Assembly (NCBI RefSeq): GCF_009914755.1
Contig: NC_060927.1
DNA from: the human T2T-CHM13v2.0 reference genome, Homo sapiens
Reading direction: 5' to 3' (one strand)
Length of the DNA stretch: 64,000 nucleotides
Of this stretch, positions 1-19,483 are shown piece by piece; within the stretch, counting starts at the first letter, position 1; the number at the start of each line of letters is the position of its first letter. Under the pieces are notes generated by a model. The model was not told the DNA's origin, did not search any database, and saw nothing but the letters and a program-made list of their open reading frames with translations. Position numbers and translations under genes: made by a program.

Positions 1-830
1 CTATTCAGATTTTCTTTTTCCTCTTGAGAGAGTTTTGGTAGTTTATGTCTTTCTAGAAATTTGTTCATATGAATTATCTAATTTATTGGCATACAGATGT
101 TCATAGTATTTTCTTATAATCTTTTTTTCTATAGTGATTCTCTCTCTTTTATTTCTGATTTTAGCAATTAGAGTCTTCTCCCTTTTTTCTTAGTCAATTA
201 GTTAAAAGTTTGTCAGTTTTGCTGATGTTTTCCAAGAACAACCTTTGGTTTTGTTGATTTTCTCTATTGTATTCATATTCTCTCATTCATTTGTACTCCA
301 ATATTTATTTTGTCTTTATTTTTGCTTGCTTTCAGTTTAGTTTGCCCTTCTTTTTCCAGAATCATAGGCGAAAAGTTAGTTTACTGAATTGGGGTCTCTT
401 TTTAAAAATATCTGTATTCACATTTCTCTCTAAGCATTGCTTTTACTATGTCCCATAAGTTTGGTACATTTTATTTTTGTTTTCATTCATCTCAAAGTAT
501 TTTCTAATCTCCCTTGTGATTTCTTCTTTGACCCATTGGTTATTTAGGAGTGTGTTGTTTAATTTCCACATGGTTTTGAATTCCCCAAATTTTTCCTTCT
601 GTTATTGATTGAGTTTAATTCCATTATGGTTGGAGAAGATATTATATATGGTTTCAGTTCTTCTGAATGCATTGAGACTTGTTATATGGCCTAACATATT
701 CTCTGTCCTGGAGAATGCTGTATGTGCACCTGAGAAGAACATGTATTTTGCAGTTGTTGGGTGGAGTGTCTTACTTATATCAGTTTTAGGTATTCACTTT
801 TCACCTGGTTAAACATTATTCATTCTTTGA
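1..830 (-). mobile_element. Old L1M ORF2 fragment
   Basis: T-rich antisense L1 sequence, e.g. ttctttgacccattggttatttaggagtgtgttgtttaatttccac. Confidence 0.85.
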
Positions 831-1593
831 GTCACAGGTCCAAAGGATTTCTTGTGTCAAATATTTCTTAATCCATCTCCCTAAGTAAAATGTAGTTTCT
901 TCATTTGAATTTCTATAATTCTGCCAACACCTATAACTGTATTATAACTTTTATTCCAATTCAGTCTTTCTAAATTCTGATGTTATGGGTTTCTTTGTGC
1001 AGAGCCATGTTGTAACTGTATCTCCATATCACTGAAACCTTACTTCTAGTGGTAACTTTAAAGCATGTCATCGAAAGGCTGAAAGAATCTGCTGGTTATT
1101 GAGCACTTTGTCAATCCAGAGCCATAAACTACCTACAATGGATTATGGATAAGGAGAAGCAAGGCAGTGTACTCTGCCTCTGGGGAACCTACATTTTAGT
1201 TAAGAGATCTACGAGATACCAATGTAGGAAACCTTTAAGACAAGATTTGACCAAGTGCCAAGATGAAGGCACTAGGGGATTGGACTTGTTCACTTTGTCT
1301 CTCTCCCCATGCGTGGGAAAGAGGCTTGTGGAATTGTGAGGCTGGAACAGCCCTCAGGGTTTCTGATTTCTAGTCATCATCCAGCCTGTGCGTGGACACT
1401 CTCACCCACAGGGAGACGCCCCCACACTCCCATTTAGGACTTGTTGATGGTTGTTTGCTAACTTTGGGCAGAGCAAGAAAAATGAATTGCCCTTTAGCTA
1501 TCACACACCCTTCAGTCTTCTCCATAAAATAAACCATAAGCCTGCAAAATCATGTGTAAAGTCAACAGGGAAAGGAAAGAGCTGTAGTCATAA

Positions 1594-1993
<400 letters not shown>

Positions 1994-3840
1994 TGATTTC
2001 AGATAAGGAAAGTCAGATCAAGTGACTGTGAGAAGGTCACTTCTTTCTTCTCCCTTCCTTCCTTCCACAATGCAGCCCCTAAAAGTGGCAACATCTTGTT
2101 TTAAGGGGAACCAAAAGGAATGTTTTCTGAGACTTATTATTCTCCTAGTGCCTACCTGTCTGTGAATGTTCTGGGAAGGTCTGAGGATGAGATTTGGAGA
2201 TATGGAGATTTGGAGCGGCGAATTTATCTCACATGCCAGTTAGACACTTTATTCTGTCTAATTCAGGACAAAGACTGATGATTTGGGGGGCTAATCAGGG
2301 GTTTCTTTTCAAGAATACAGTGTGATGAAGAAGGTTATCAAGACAGACTGCAAACTCTTTTCTCTAGTAACCTCTGAAAATAGAATCATAATGTGAAGTA
2401 CAATACCTGCAATTATGGTAGCACACATTAAATGAAATAGGAGGATAATATAAGAGCAGGCCCATAGTTATATATATTAGTGGACTAAATGAGTGATATC
2501 TTTATTGTGATCATCATGGTCACATTTATTGACAGTCAGTTTAGGGCAAAACACTCCTGGGAGAGGGGAGCATCAAGCCATCTGAAATTGGACGGAATTA
2601 AAGAGTTAGAAAAGGAACAGAGCAGGTGTCCTGGTATAGAGTGGACTTGAACAGGGTGAAAGAATGGGCGATCTTTGGATGGAGAGAAGGGGAGAAGAAA
2701 ATGAGGGTGAGTAAAAGGCCACAGAGGTTGGAATGTGTAAGATACACATTTCATCAATGCAAAAATACAAGAAGGTGGCAAACGTGGACTTTGGTAGAGG
2801 CATGGCACAGGAAAATTGCTGTTCATAAGTCCACATAGGTGTGTCAGCTTCCAAACAATATTAGCTCACTAGATGCAAATGAATTATCCACATTACTCTG
2901 TTCCAGGCAATAGCCCCTATTGAGCTAGTGACAAAGGTAAACCATCTCTGACTCATCAGAAATTCTCTTCCCAAAGAGGTGAGGGGAGAAAATGGGAGTG
3001 GTAGGCCAGGAATGAGGGGCAATTCTGGTTGGCCCAGGGTGAGTCACTTTCCCTAATGTTCCTACCAGGAGATCAGGCCATGAGCTCTTGGCTCTGCTGC
3101 TCATTCTTGTCACCTTTCCCCCATATTCTAGCTCCCTCGGGTCACTCATCCTATCACTTTTCCGATAGGGCCGTGGAGTTGTACCCTCTCTAATTTTATA
3201 GATAGGGACCCTGTGGCCTAAAGAGGATTGGGGCTTGCCCTTCTTCCTATAGCACAGTTGGGACTAGGAGAGGGACCTCTTGACCATCAACCCCTTGCAT
3301 CTGCACTCTGTCCTCTGCCATGTGACGTAACTCTTTTAGTCTTCATGCCAACTGAGAGGCAAATGAGACACAAAACAGAACATGGGAAAACTTGAAGGGG
3401 CTGTACCTTGACTGCAAAGGGCACCGGGGTACATGCGTAGAGGCAAGAAGAGTTTAGGGGCAGCAGGTCATCCTACATGACCCTATTCTCAAAAGAAAAT
3501 CAGCCCCCATAATCCAGTTTCAGGTCTCATATTCCAAAACCTAAACTCTGAACTAACAAACATTGTGATTCTTTCATAGATGTCTAATATTTACTAAACA
3601 AATATTGGGACTTGTTTTCAATACCCTCTTTCAAATACCCCTTATAACAGGGTTCATATTTCTCTTCCTGAATGTTATGAGGCTTCCTCTTTCCTGCCTA
3701 ACTGTCCCAAGGCCTCTCCTCCTCCAATGACCATGTGGCAATCATAGAGGGGGTCTTAGATAGTATTCCTGTATCAAAGGAAGTATGTCTAAGGAATTGG
3801 AGGATGCTGGTCGTTAGCCTCTGATTGATAAGCACTTCTT

Positions 3841-3983
3841 ATTTATTTAATTTTTTTTTAAAATAGAGATGGGGGTTTCACCCTCTTGGTCAGGTTGGTC
3901 TTGAACTCCTGGCCTCAAGTTATCTCCCTGCCTCAGCCTCCCAAAGGGCTGGGATTACAGGCATGAGCCACCACGCCCAGCCT
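3841..3983 (-). mobile_element. Alu left monomer (FLAM-like)
   Basis: Single Alu arm flanked by tgattgataa duplications. Confidence 0.85.
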
Positions 3984-4998
3984 TTGATTGATAAACTCTT
4001 CTTTCCTCTTCCTTCATTCTGTAATGCAACCCCTAAAAGTGGCAAAATCTTGTTTTAAAATTTTGTCTGTCCCCTCCCCCAAATTTGGCATATTGAAAAC
4101 AAGATATGGAGCAATAGTGACTCTGAGAGGAGAAGAGGTGTAGTGCAGGACACAAGAAGCTCCCCGCTGGTGAAATCCTGTAATGTGTTTCTTTCAAGTC
4201 CCCCTCCCTGCCTTTGTCTCCTGGTGATGAGGTGTAAGTTCTGCCTTTTTTCTTTTCTTTTTTTTTTTATTTTCAGAAAGTCTTTGTTGCTTCAGGCAAG
4301 CATCAGAAACTGAATCTGCTGGGGTGTTGGTTGGACTGTGTGGCCTCTCTTTATCCCTCTCTTCCCAGACCCCTCAAAATCAGGTGCATTCTATATCCCC
4401 TTAGGCTAGATAGACATTCTATGGATGCTCCGGTCTGCATGAGGAAGGGAACTCCAACCTCCCCCAAGTCAGTTAATTTTAAACATTTTGGTCTTTTTTC
4501 TGTATAATTTGGGATTGGTGTACCAGAAATGACTAAAAACCTGTGGTTTTCTGAGAGTGATCCTGGGACTATAATTTTCTGAAATTAAACTTCAGGCAAA
4601 AAAAATAAAAAAAAAGAGAAGAAAAGAAAAAGAAAAACAGAAACTCTCATCGTGGCCAGATGGAGCCAGAGATTTGTGAGAAGACGAGGCTTAAAGAGTA
4701 AAAGGCTATCAGTGTGCGAGATGGGTTGAAAAACAAAAAATAAAAGGTGAAATCCGAGACTGCCACGCTCACCTAGGAGAAGTTGCAAAACCTCCTTAGT
4801 GATGTTGGGAAAATTCTTTTCAGTGAAAAGTCTCTTATGGACCTGTTAAAAATATCCCAAGAGCAAAACAGCAGACCCCCCACCTTTAAAGGAGGTGTAC
4901 CTTTTGTCACTTAATGCCTGCCTGTTTCAAATCCAACCTTCATTGCTTTGTGACGTTAAAACATTTCTTCTTTGCCAGCTGGCATGATGCTAAACTTT

Positions 4999-5016
4999 AT
5001 CAGCAGGGGGCGCTGG
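4999..5016 (+). promoter_or_regulatory. CTCF-binding motif
   Basis: tCAGCAGGGGGCGCtg closely matches the CTCF core and keeps its CpG in AT-rich surroundings. Confidence 0.65.
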
Positions 5017-5029
5017 AGGGCTAATTTCA

Positions 5030-5410
5030 TTGGCCAATGGCAGTGGTTTCTTGCCCTCCAGCTTCAGTTGCCCAGGATGCTGCTTGCCAGTTTTGACCCA
5101 TAGTTTCCTGCCTGCTAGCCCCAGCTGCTGAGTGTGGATGAGCTCCATCTAGGGCAACCCAGTTGAACATCTGTGCCATCCAGTAGCTGCAATCGCACCC
5201 TCTCAAAGGAGGTCTGCATCCTAGCTTTGGGGCAGGGCTCCCTTCTCTTCCAAATTAGTACTTTTGTAAGTAGTCTCCCTCTGCCTAGGATGTTCTTTAG
5301 AGTTCTCTTCAATTCTCTTGTAGTAGTTACTTCTCTTCAAATAGTCAATACATCTTTATATTAAACTTTCCCTGTTCAACTTACTGTGGTTACTGTCTCC
5401 TGACTCTCCT
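5030..5410 (+). mobile_element. ERVL LTR remnant (LTR33-like)
   Basis: The 3' end taaactttccctgttcaacttactgtggttactgtctcctgact resembles LTR33. Confidence 0.55.
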
Positions 5411-5772
5411 TTCATGGACCATGATGCCAAAAATGCAATTACTAGTAGGTGAAAGGTTTGATAGTTTCAAAATCAAGTGAACATAGGGAAATACATGGGC
5501 CTTAATATCACTAGAAATTTAAAGAGGCAGAACCAATTTATTCAGCCAGAAATTATGTCTATGAATTTTGTACTTAGAATTGGTATTAAATCATTGTATG
5601 GTTTAATGGTAGTGAAATGAAACACAAAACTTTGGAGACTGAGATTTTTGGAAAGATAGAGATGACCCTCCCCTTTCCTCTAGTGGCAACTGCACCAAGA
5701 ACAGCCTAATACCAGAAAGCCTCCATCTCTTAAGATGTCATGACCCTTAATTGTTAGAAATTCATTGCCATC

Positions 5773-6152
<380 letters not shown>

Positions 6153-6212
6153 CTATCAGATTAGGGCACTCCATCACCGCATACGGAACGCACAGCAATG
6201 AAATACTCTAGA

Positions 6213-7215
<1,003 letters not shown>

Positions 7216-7413
7216 AGAATAGGATTTGACCACACATACTACTTAGTGGGAATGACGATTTGAGAGATCATTTAAAAAAAAAACTGCATTACAAAACCAG
7301 ACTTCTGTGGCTTTATTGATCATATTAATATTGTATTTTAAGACCATTTTCTTTTATTGGATACAGATAAACATATTAGTGATTATGTGTGTTTTTTTAG
7401 AAACCCAGATTTT

Positions 7414-7943
<530 letters not shown>

Positions 7944-7944
7944 T

Positions 7945-8748
<804 letters not shown>

Positions 8749-10640
8749 ATTTCTTAATGTTTTCCTTCACTGGGCATTTAGGACCTTGTTAAAGAAGGCC
8801 TTTCATCTCCAGAGCCCATGAAGATGCTCTCCCATAGCATCTTCTAGGCTTTAAAACATTCAGAGCTTATTTGCTGTGTGGTGTTGGTGAGGGCTCTAAT
8901 TTTTCTCCCCGCAACCCAGATAACCAGGGTCACCCAGTTAACAGAGCTTTAGAGTCCACGTTGCTTTCCGTTGCTCACGTCTTCACTGACTGCTCTGTTC
9001 ATCTGCCTATCTCAGAATCACACCCTTTCTCCAGGACCACTCTCCTTCTGCTGGAAGTACGTTCTTCAGTGAGTTCCTTGAGTCTCACTCTCCTGAGTTT
9101 CGTGTTGTGATAAATTCTGTTTCCCATCTGGAAATGCCCTTTACCGTGAGCAGATTCTTGAACAACCATCAATTTCAACTCCTGATTCTAATTTGATGGT
9201 GAAGAGTCCCAAGTCACACTCACTGTATCCCATGGCTTCCGGCTCCCACTGTGGCCACTACGAAGTCTACTCTCAGTCTCAGCGTCTGCTCTCTGTAATC
9301 TGTGCTTTTTCCTTGGCTGCATTAAAGATCTTCTCTTTGCCTTTGGTGTGCTGCAATTTCATTATGATATGGGTGTGGATTTCTGTGCTTCCTGATTCTG
9401 CGTATTCAACCTCCACTGAAATGGGTGACTCGTGGTTCCCAGGTCCCTCCTTCCTCCTTCTGCCCACCCGAGCCTGGGCATCTTACTATGGGGTACAGTT
9501 GGGTGAAGGAGCATCATAGAAGCACCCTAGAAGAGATGATTGGTGCATTAGAAGCTGTCTGCCAGGTCTGAGTTGTGTTATGCTTATTCTCTGGGTAGTC
9601 TGAGGCAACCCCTGAGAAAGGCAGGTATTACTACAGTCAGAAGAACTGCTCCAGGAATGCATTCCTCCCCAGAAAAATCTCATATCTAAACTGAGAGTAA
9701 TTCACGTATTATGGAACAATTTTCCAAACATATATATAAATTACAAACCACACCTCTCTCCCACCTCCAAAGTTGTGATGAGATAAAAGCAAAACTGTAG
9801 CACCAGCAAAACTAAATAAAACTTTGTAATAAGGCTTTAAGTGCCCTGAATCTCTTCCAAGGATCAAGATGAACCCTAGAGCTGCAATTCCACAATCCAC
9901 CAGATCCTGGGACTCAGGCCATATCAACATGGTTATCTAGCTGGCATTCCAACCCCAAGAGGTTTCTTACTTGTCTGTTGCTTTCTTATTATCAAGTCCT
10001 CACTTAGGTTCTGTGTTCCTTTGCAGCCCAGACCACCCTAGACTCCATACGGCACCTCTATTCCAGCAGTATACCAGGGTCTATTAAAAGAAATCCAGAG
10101 AAACAACTCAGATGGAAAGGGCCCTGTGGCGTTCTGTTGACCATTGTCATGACTCTGTGGGGCTCTAGACCATTCTTGAGGATAGGAGGGTGACAAGCCA
10201 CAAGGTGCACAACCAGCAGTGCACAAGGTGAACTTGAATACAATTCAGAGTCTGCCAAAGCCCTGCGGCAGTTTTAGCCAAGAAAGGAAAGGGAGTTACT
10301 GTGTGGCATTCAAGATGGACTGAGTGAAGACTACAGATAAGTTTCCTAGGACTGTGTGGAGATGCCAGATAAATAACCTCAGGACTAGTGTATGAAATGG
10401 GCTGGGCTAATACTGACTGCTGGACTCTTAAGTCATCATCTTGCTTACTGTCATAGTTTACTGGTGCCTACCAGGAAGGTCCTTCTTCCCCACCTCTGAT
10501 CACCGTGTTTCTCTTTCAAATGTCTTTTGCAGTGGTTGTCTGACAACTCAATGGTTGGTGTAACACAGGATTTGGCATCTTCCTTAAAGTTATCTGATTG
10601 TGTTTATTTCACCCTTGGGACATAATGTGCAAGACCCTAG

Positions 10641-11347
<707 letters not shown>

Positions 11348-11609
11348 CTATTAAATATACGCTGTAGGCAATACATCTATAAAAGGGAGTATACAAAGAG
11401 GAAATCAGCCCCCATCTCCCTGGACTTCCATGCCATTTATTTTGAAAGTTAAATTCTGAATTAGCAGAAATCCTTAACATTTGACTTTATGTACAGAAAT
11501 ATGACCCTCTTTATGTATTTTCAGTGTTTACTGGACACTGAAGATACATAAATTTATATTATCAGAAACCTCTTTCAAATAGCCTTCCAAGGTTTGCTAA
11601 TACAGACTC

Positions 11610-13290
11610 ATCAATCATAGGCCTAAAAGTAAAACCTAAAATTATAAAATTTCTAGGAGAAAACATAAGAGAAAAAAAATCTTTATGACATTAGGGTAAG
11701 CAAAGATTTCTTAGTTAAGACACCAAAAGCATAATCCATAAAAGAAAAAGTCAATTACTTGGACTTCACCAAAATTAAGAATGTGTGCTCTTCAAAAGAC
11801 ACTAAGAGAATAAAACACAAGACACAGACTAGGAGAAAATATTTGCAAATCATATATCTGATAAAAGACTTTTTATAAAGGATATGGAAATAATCCTCTG
11901 AACTCAATAGTAAGAAAACACACAGCCCAATTTTGTAAAAAATGGGCAAAATATGTGAAAAAACACTTTCATTGAAGAAGATATAGGGATGTCAAGGAAG
12001 CATATGAAAATACGTTCAATGTCATTAGTTCATAAGGAAATGCAAACTGAAACCACAATGAGATACTACTTCACATTCATTATAATGGCTAAAAGTAAAA
12101 AGACTGACCATACCAAGAACTTAGGAGAATGTGAAACAATTGTAACTCTCATATTTTGTGGGTGGAAATGCAAAAATGGTATGGTCACTTTTGGAAAAAC
12201 AGTTTGACTGGTTTCTTACACAGTTAAGTATACGCTTACCATTCAACATAGTCACTCTATTCCTAAGTATTTACCCAAGTGAAATGAAAACCTATGTTCA
12301 CACAAAGATCTGCACGTGAATGTTTGTGGCAGATTTATTTGTTGATTACAAAAAAACTGGAGACAAACCAAATGTCCCTCAGCTACAGAATGGATTAAAC
12401 TGTGGTGCATCTGTAAATGTTGCTAGAGGGAATGTAATTTGCTGCAGACACTTTGAAAAACTGTTTGGTAGTATTTGCCAAAGTCAAACGTCCTCGAAAC
12501 ATACCCAACAGAAAAGACTTGAATAAGAATGCTCATAGCAGCACATTTGTAATAACTCTGGAATAAAGAGTCTGACTCAATTTTTGATGTTTTACTATGA
12601 CAGCTTTCAAGCCCCATCACTCCCCTTTCTCATTTTCTCCACACCTGGACATGCCTACAGGTAGCTCATGGTGCTCCCTTCCTTGGTGCAGACGGGCAGT
12701 TCAAACCACACAAACTCCAGCCTGTGGGAGAGGGATCCTTCATCCTGGACGCACCTGCCCTCTGCCCAGCCACTATAAAAACCAGAGCCACGTGCCCCTT
12801 CTTTTGCTTGAGTGTGGGCCCTGCTGTCCCCAGAAAGCCTCATTACGTGAGTAGTAACTCTTTTCAAATCCTCCTGATGAGTGTGTGGCATCATCAGTCT
12901 GGAGCTCCGAATCAATCTTGGGTGGTTTGAAGGGCTGATAACTCCCATCAACAGTGCAGCAGCAAAGCAAACCCCAAATTGGAAACTACTCAAATGCCAA
13001 GGCAATAGATGAGGATACAAATACATTTTTTGCATATTTGCCCAATGGAGCCTTTGAAGCAATGAGAATGAATGAACTGCAACTGCACGTCATCTCGCAA
13101 ACATAATGTTGAACAAATGAAACCAACACAAAAGAATATGTTCTATACGACCGGTTAGCATTTTTAGAAGCTAACTTGTAATGTTAGAAGTCAGGAGAGT
13201 TGCTACCATACTTAGGGTGGTAGGTTACTGGAAAGGCGCACAAAGTGAGAACTTTTTGGTACATCAGGCTGTATTTGAAAAGATAAAAAT
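11610..13290 (+). mobile_element. Old L1M 3' ORF2/3'UTR fragments with an inserted ERVL-type LTR (~12557-12953)
   Basis: L1 hallmarks gaaatgcaaactgaaaccacaatgagatac and ggaaaaacagtttg. The LTR resembles MER73/74. Confidence 0.7.
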
Positions 13291-13543
13291 AAATCTGAGT
13301 GAGATGGGAGAGGCAGGAGAGGATGATCGGATGCTCCAGCTCTCTGAGTGAAGTTCTGACTCTGCCCTGTTGGGCTGCGGTGTTTAGAATGTGAACCAGT
13401 CCCATCCAGTGGACAAATGTAGAAGTGCATGTAAAGGCTTAAAATATAATAGCAAGATGTCTGGTCTGTCTTGGGAGTCTCTGATAGTCGCAGCTAATTT
13501 TGGGTGTGGGTGCAGATCCTGGGCTCAGAAATGAAATAGAGCA

Positions 13544-14077
<534 letters not shown>

Positions 14078-14213
14078 CTAAATGCTAATCTCATAAGGTA
14101 GGTAGTAATGCCCATTTTTCAGATGAGGGAACTGAGGCCTGGGTAACTTGACTTGTAAGTGGCAAAACTAACGTTTGAATTCCAGTCCGTCTGGGTCCAA
14201 AACCCATTTCTAA

Positions 14214-15058
<845 letters not shown>

Positions 15059-16273
15059 AATTGTTGCCTCTGACTCCTCTCCCTTTGCCCCTGACTATTC
15101 CCAGGGCTTTGCTGGAAACCTGCCTGTGAGCTGACAACTAGCAAAGAGTGCTAAGTGTTTGTTAAACAAGGCAAGATCACAGTGTTCAGCAGACACGAAA
15201 GGCCTCAGATGGGCTGTTGGACCCAGAAATACACACAGGAATAAGATGCAGCCTTGCCTTCAAGAAGTCCCCAGCCTAGTAGAGGCAATGTCTCTATAGG
15301 TTATGATTTACCTCCAGATGAATTAAACAGGCAAGAAGTGAGTGCTTTGGGAACATACGAAGAGTAATCCAATGGGCTGGGTAGTCCAGGAACGTGTCCT
15401 CTACGGGATGATACTAGGGTTGAGACTGGGATGGGCAGCTTTAGAAGGGGCCAGGAACACCTAGTAGTTAGGCACACAGGCTCTCTCATCAGCCTGGATT
15501 CAAAACCTGGCTCCATCACTCCCTAGCATTGGGATTTTGAGCAAGTCTTCCTGATCTCTCTGTGCCTCAGTTCCTCATTTGTAAAATGGAAATGACCCTA
15601 CCGCTTCATAGGGTTGGTTGGTGTGAAGATTAGATGAGTTTAGGTGTTGTCGGCCACAGTGATGGCACTGATTGTCATTGGAGAGGTAGACAGAGGTTGA
15701 GGCCTTTCTGGGCATTAGAAACAGCACAAACTGTGCAGAGACAGGATGGTTTTCTTGTGAAAGGAACTGGGCAGAGAAAGTCATGGGTTTGATGAGTTAA
15801 GGTGGAATGGACAAACATGTTTTATTTTTCTAGTTATGTTTTTATTTGTTTGCCTTGGGAAATAACATCAAATGTGTGATTTTACTGATAATATTCCATA
15901 AAACAGGACTAGAGTGAGTATTTAAGTTTTAAAGAGTGGTGAGTTGATTTATAGAAGATATATTTATACAATAATACATAGTATAGGTGGTAGAGGGATG
16001 TGGCAAAAAATATGAAGGTGACAGCAATGCCTCATTTTAATCACTGGATTAGGAGATAGGAACCCTCTTCACCTTATGAATTTTTCAAAGTTCCTCTGGC
16101 TCAGTCCAGCAATTCCTGAATCCCTGAATGGGACAGAGGCTGACAGCAAATGCACAGTGTTTGGGAAAAGCCCAGAAATTCTGTCCACACCCAATTCATT
16201 TCTGAATACACTCAAGGGCAATATTTGAAATTGAAGGTCACCACCCAGAAGCAGGTTATGAAATCAGTTAATT

Positions 16274-16935
<662 letters not shown>

Positions 16936-17659
16936 TCATGTTCAGCTTTTAAAAACTATGAAACAGAAAGGAATAGAAACTATCCTTTTCATTGGTAGTT
17001 GGGTAATATTATTTTGTGAAACTTTTTTTTTCAGGTGTGTGTATGTGTACAATAGACTGCCTGGTAAAATGCATTTCCTATTGTGGGATACAGACAAAAA
17101 TAACTGCTTAGATGGAAACAGGCCTGGATTCTCATCCAAATTCTCCTCCTCCCCTGCTGTCTAGCAGGGTGGTCTCCATACTCTGTGAGCCACAGAAACA
17201 GGTTAATTTTGCTGGGTGGCTAACTGAGATGGCAAAGTGCTATGTTTATGCCTGGTGTTCTGATTTAGCCAAAGTGTTCCTGAGCCTATTTATATGCCCA
17301 GAACTCTCCATTTAGAGGGAATTGAGTTCTTTAGGAGAGAGGACTGGGATCAGGCCAAACAGGCCATGAACCCATGTTCCCTTTTCCAGATTCCAAGCCC
17401 ACACCCAGAGCTTCTGCTTCCAAACATTCCATCACTTTTCCAGTTACAACATTTCCATATCTTTCATGACTTCCTCATTTTGTAGCCACACTTCCCACTC
17501 TGATATGTGATGTGGGTGGGGCACGTGCTCATTCCTGGAGCCGCCTCCCTGTTGTCCCACCTCTACCTCTCCGGGAACCCGCTGTGCTGTGGGACAGGAG
17601 GAGACCTAGCGGACAGCCTTTGGATAAAGCAGGTAGATAAGCATTGGAGGGGAAATAGC

Positions 17660-18210
17660 CCTGGAGCAGACTCTGAGACAAAGATTTGAGTGTAAATTTT
17701 AGGTTGAACTATATGAAATTGCCATTTTTATAGGTCAAAAATCTCAAATATTGGCAATGTCATATGGTCCCACTAACAGTTTATCTGGAAGTTGGAGACA
17801 TGGGCAGGAGAGTGGGGAGGTGAGGCAGAGGAAGGAAGGCAGCCAGTGAAGAGTGTGTTAGCAAACCAGCTTCCCCTGTGGGTGGTTGGACTTAATCCCC
17901 CAGGAGAAACTCGGGGAGACAGTGCAGTGCACACACCTTGGAGTTATTCCACCCAAGGGCAAGGGAGGTGGGGTATTTAGGCACCAACTGACCTCAGTCA
18001 TTGGTTGAGGGTTCTTGGTGGGGGGCAGGGAACATTATGTCCTGGAATTTCTGGCATGCTGCACTGGTGGGCAGGGGCAAGACAGGCTTTGTTAGCCAGA
18101 GCAAGGCCACAGACAGAGCAGTGTGGGTACTCACAGCTGGAAGTCAGCCAGTGTGTGCCCAGCAGGTGGGAGCTCTGGTAGACGAGGGCCACCAATGGTG
18201 CCTGCTACAG
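17660..18210 (-). mobile_element. LTR16-like ERVL LTR containing a MADE2 mariner MITE (~17699-17776)
   Basis: MADE2-type palindrome ttaggttgaactatatgaaattgcc..ggcaatgtcatatggt. Confidence 0.6.
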
Positions 18211-18934
18211 GAGCTCTGCCAGGGGATTCCAAAGGTGCCTTCAGTGAGCACCTCTGGCCACACACTCATGTAGATGAGAAAATATGATTGTAGTTTTCTA
18301 GAAGAAGCTATTTTCTATTTTGAGACCCCCATTCTACAGGATATGGAAACTTAATTGCAGTCACTGTGAGGGTCACCACTCGCCCAGAATTACATCAGTT
18401 CCAGGAAACTGGTTACTGCCCAGGTGCAGGGGAGCATGGTGCCACCTGGTTCTTGGTGGCACCTGTCCACACGGGCCTCCACTTAGACATCAGCATCCTG
18501 CCTCCCTGTTGGACATCAGCCTATGTGTCCACACTCAGGGTAGTCCACTAGCACCTTCAGGCCTGGCAGCCCATTGAAGACTTCATTTGATTGCTTCAGG
18601 CTAGGGCATGGGATGGGGCTACCTGTGGCCCTGTTCACCTTGGACTCCCCATGTGCCATGTCCCTGTGCCCCCTAAGTCCCGCAAACACCAGGACCGTGG
18701 CCATAAGACAGGGCACGGTGTCCCTCTAATGTTTAGACTGACCTGCTTCCCTGCTGCCTCTTACCTTCTCAGCCTGGGGAATGCTTTTTTAGTTTGGTAT
18801 AGAATAGAAAGAGAACCTTAATTTTCTCAAACTCCTGTACTCAAAGACCAAGAAAAAATTCAAAGACCCTTCCTGAGTCTCACTGTTTGAGCAGAAGAAA
18901 AGTGAATGGTGGGAAAACACCAATTAACACTTGA

Positions 18935-19483
<549 letters not shown>

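Noticed and set aside
9620-10600. Possible ERV internal fragment
   Set aside because: It looks retroviral-like, but I found no gag/pol/env motif or flanking LTR pair to support a call.
18438-18463. 9-bp stem ggtgccacc/ggtggcacc
   Set aside because: Short enough to arise by chance in 64 kb, with no other support.
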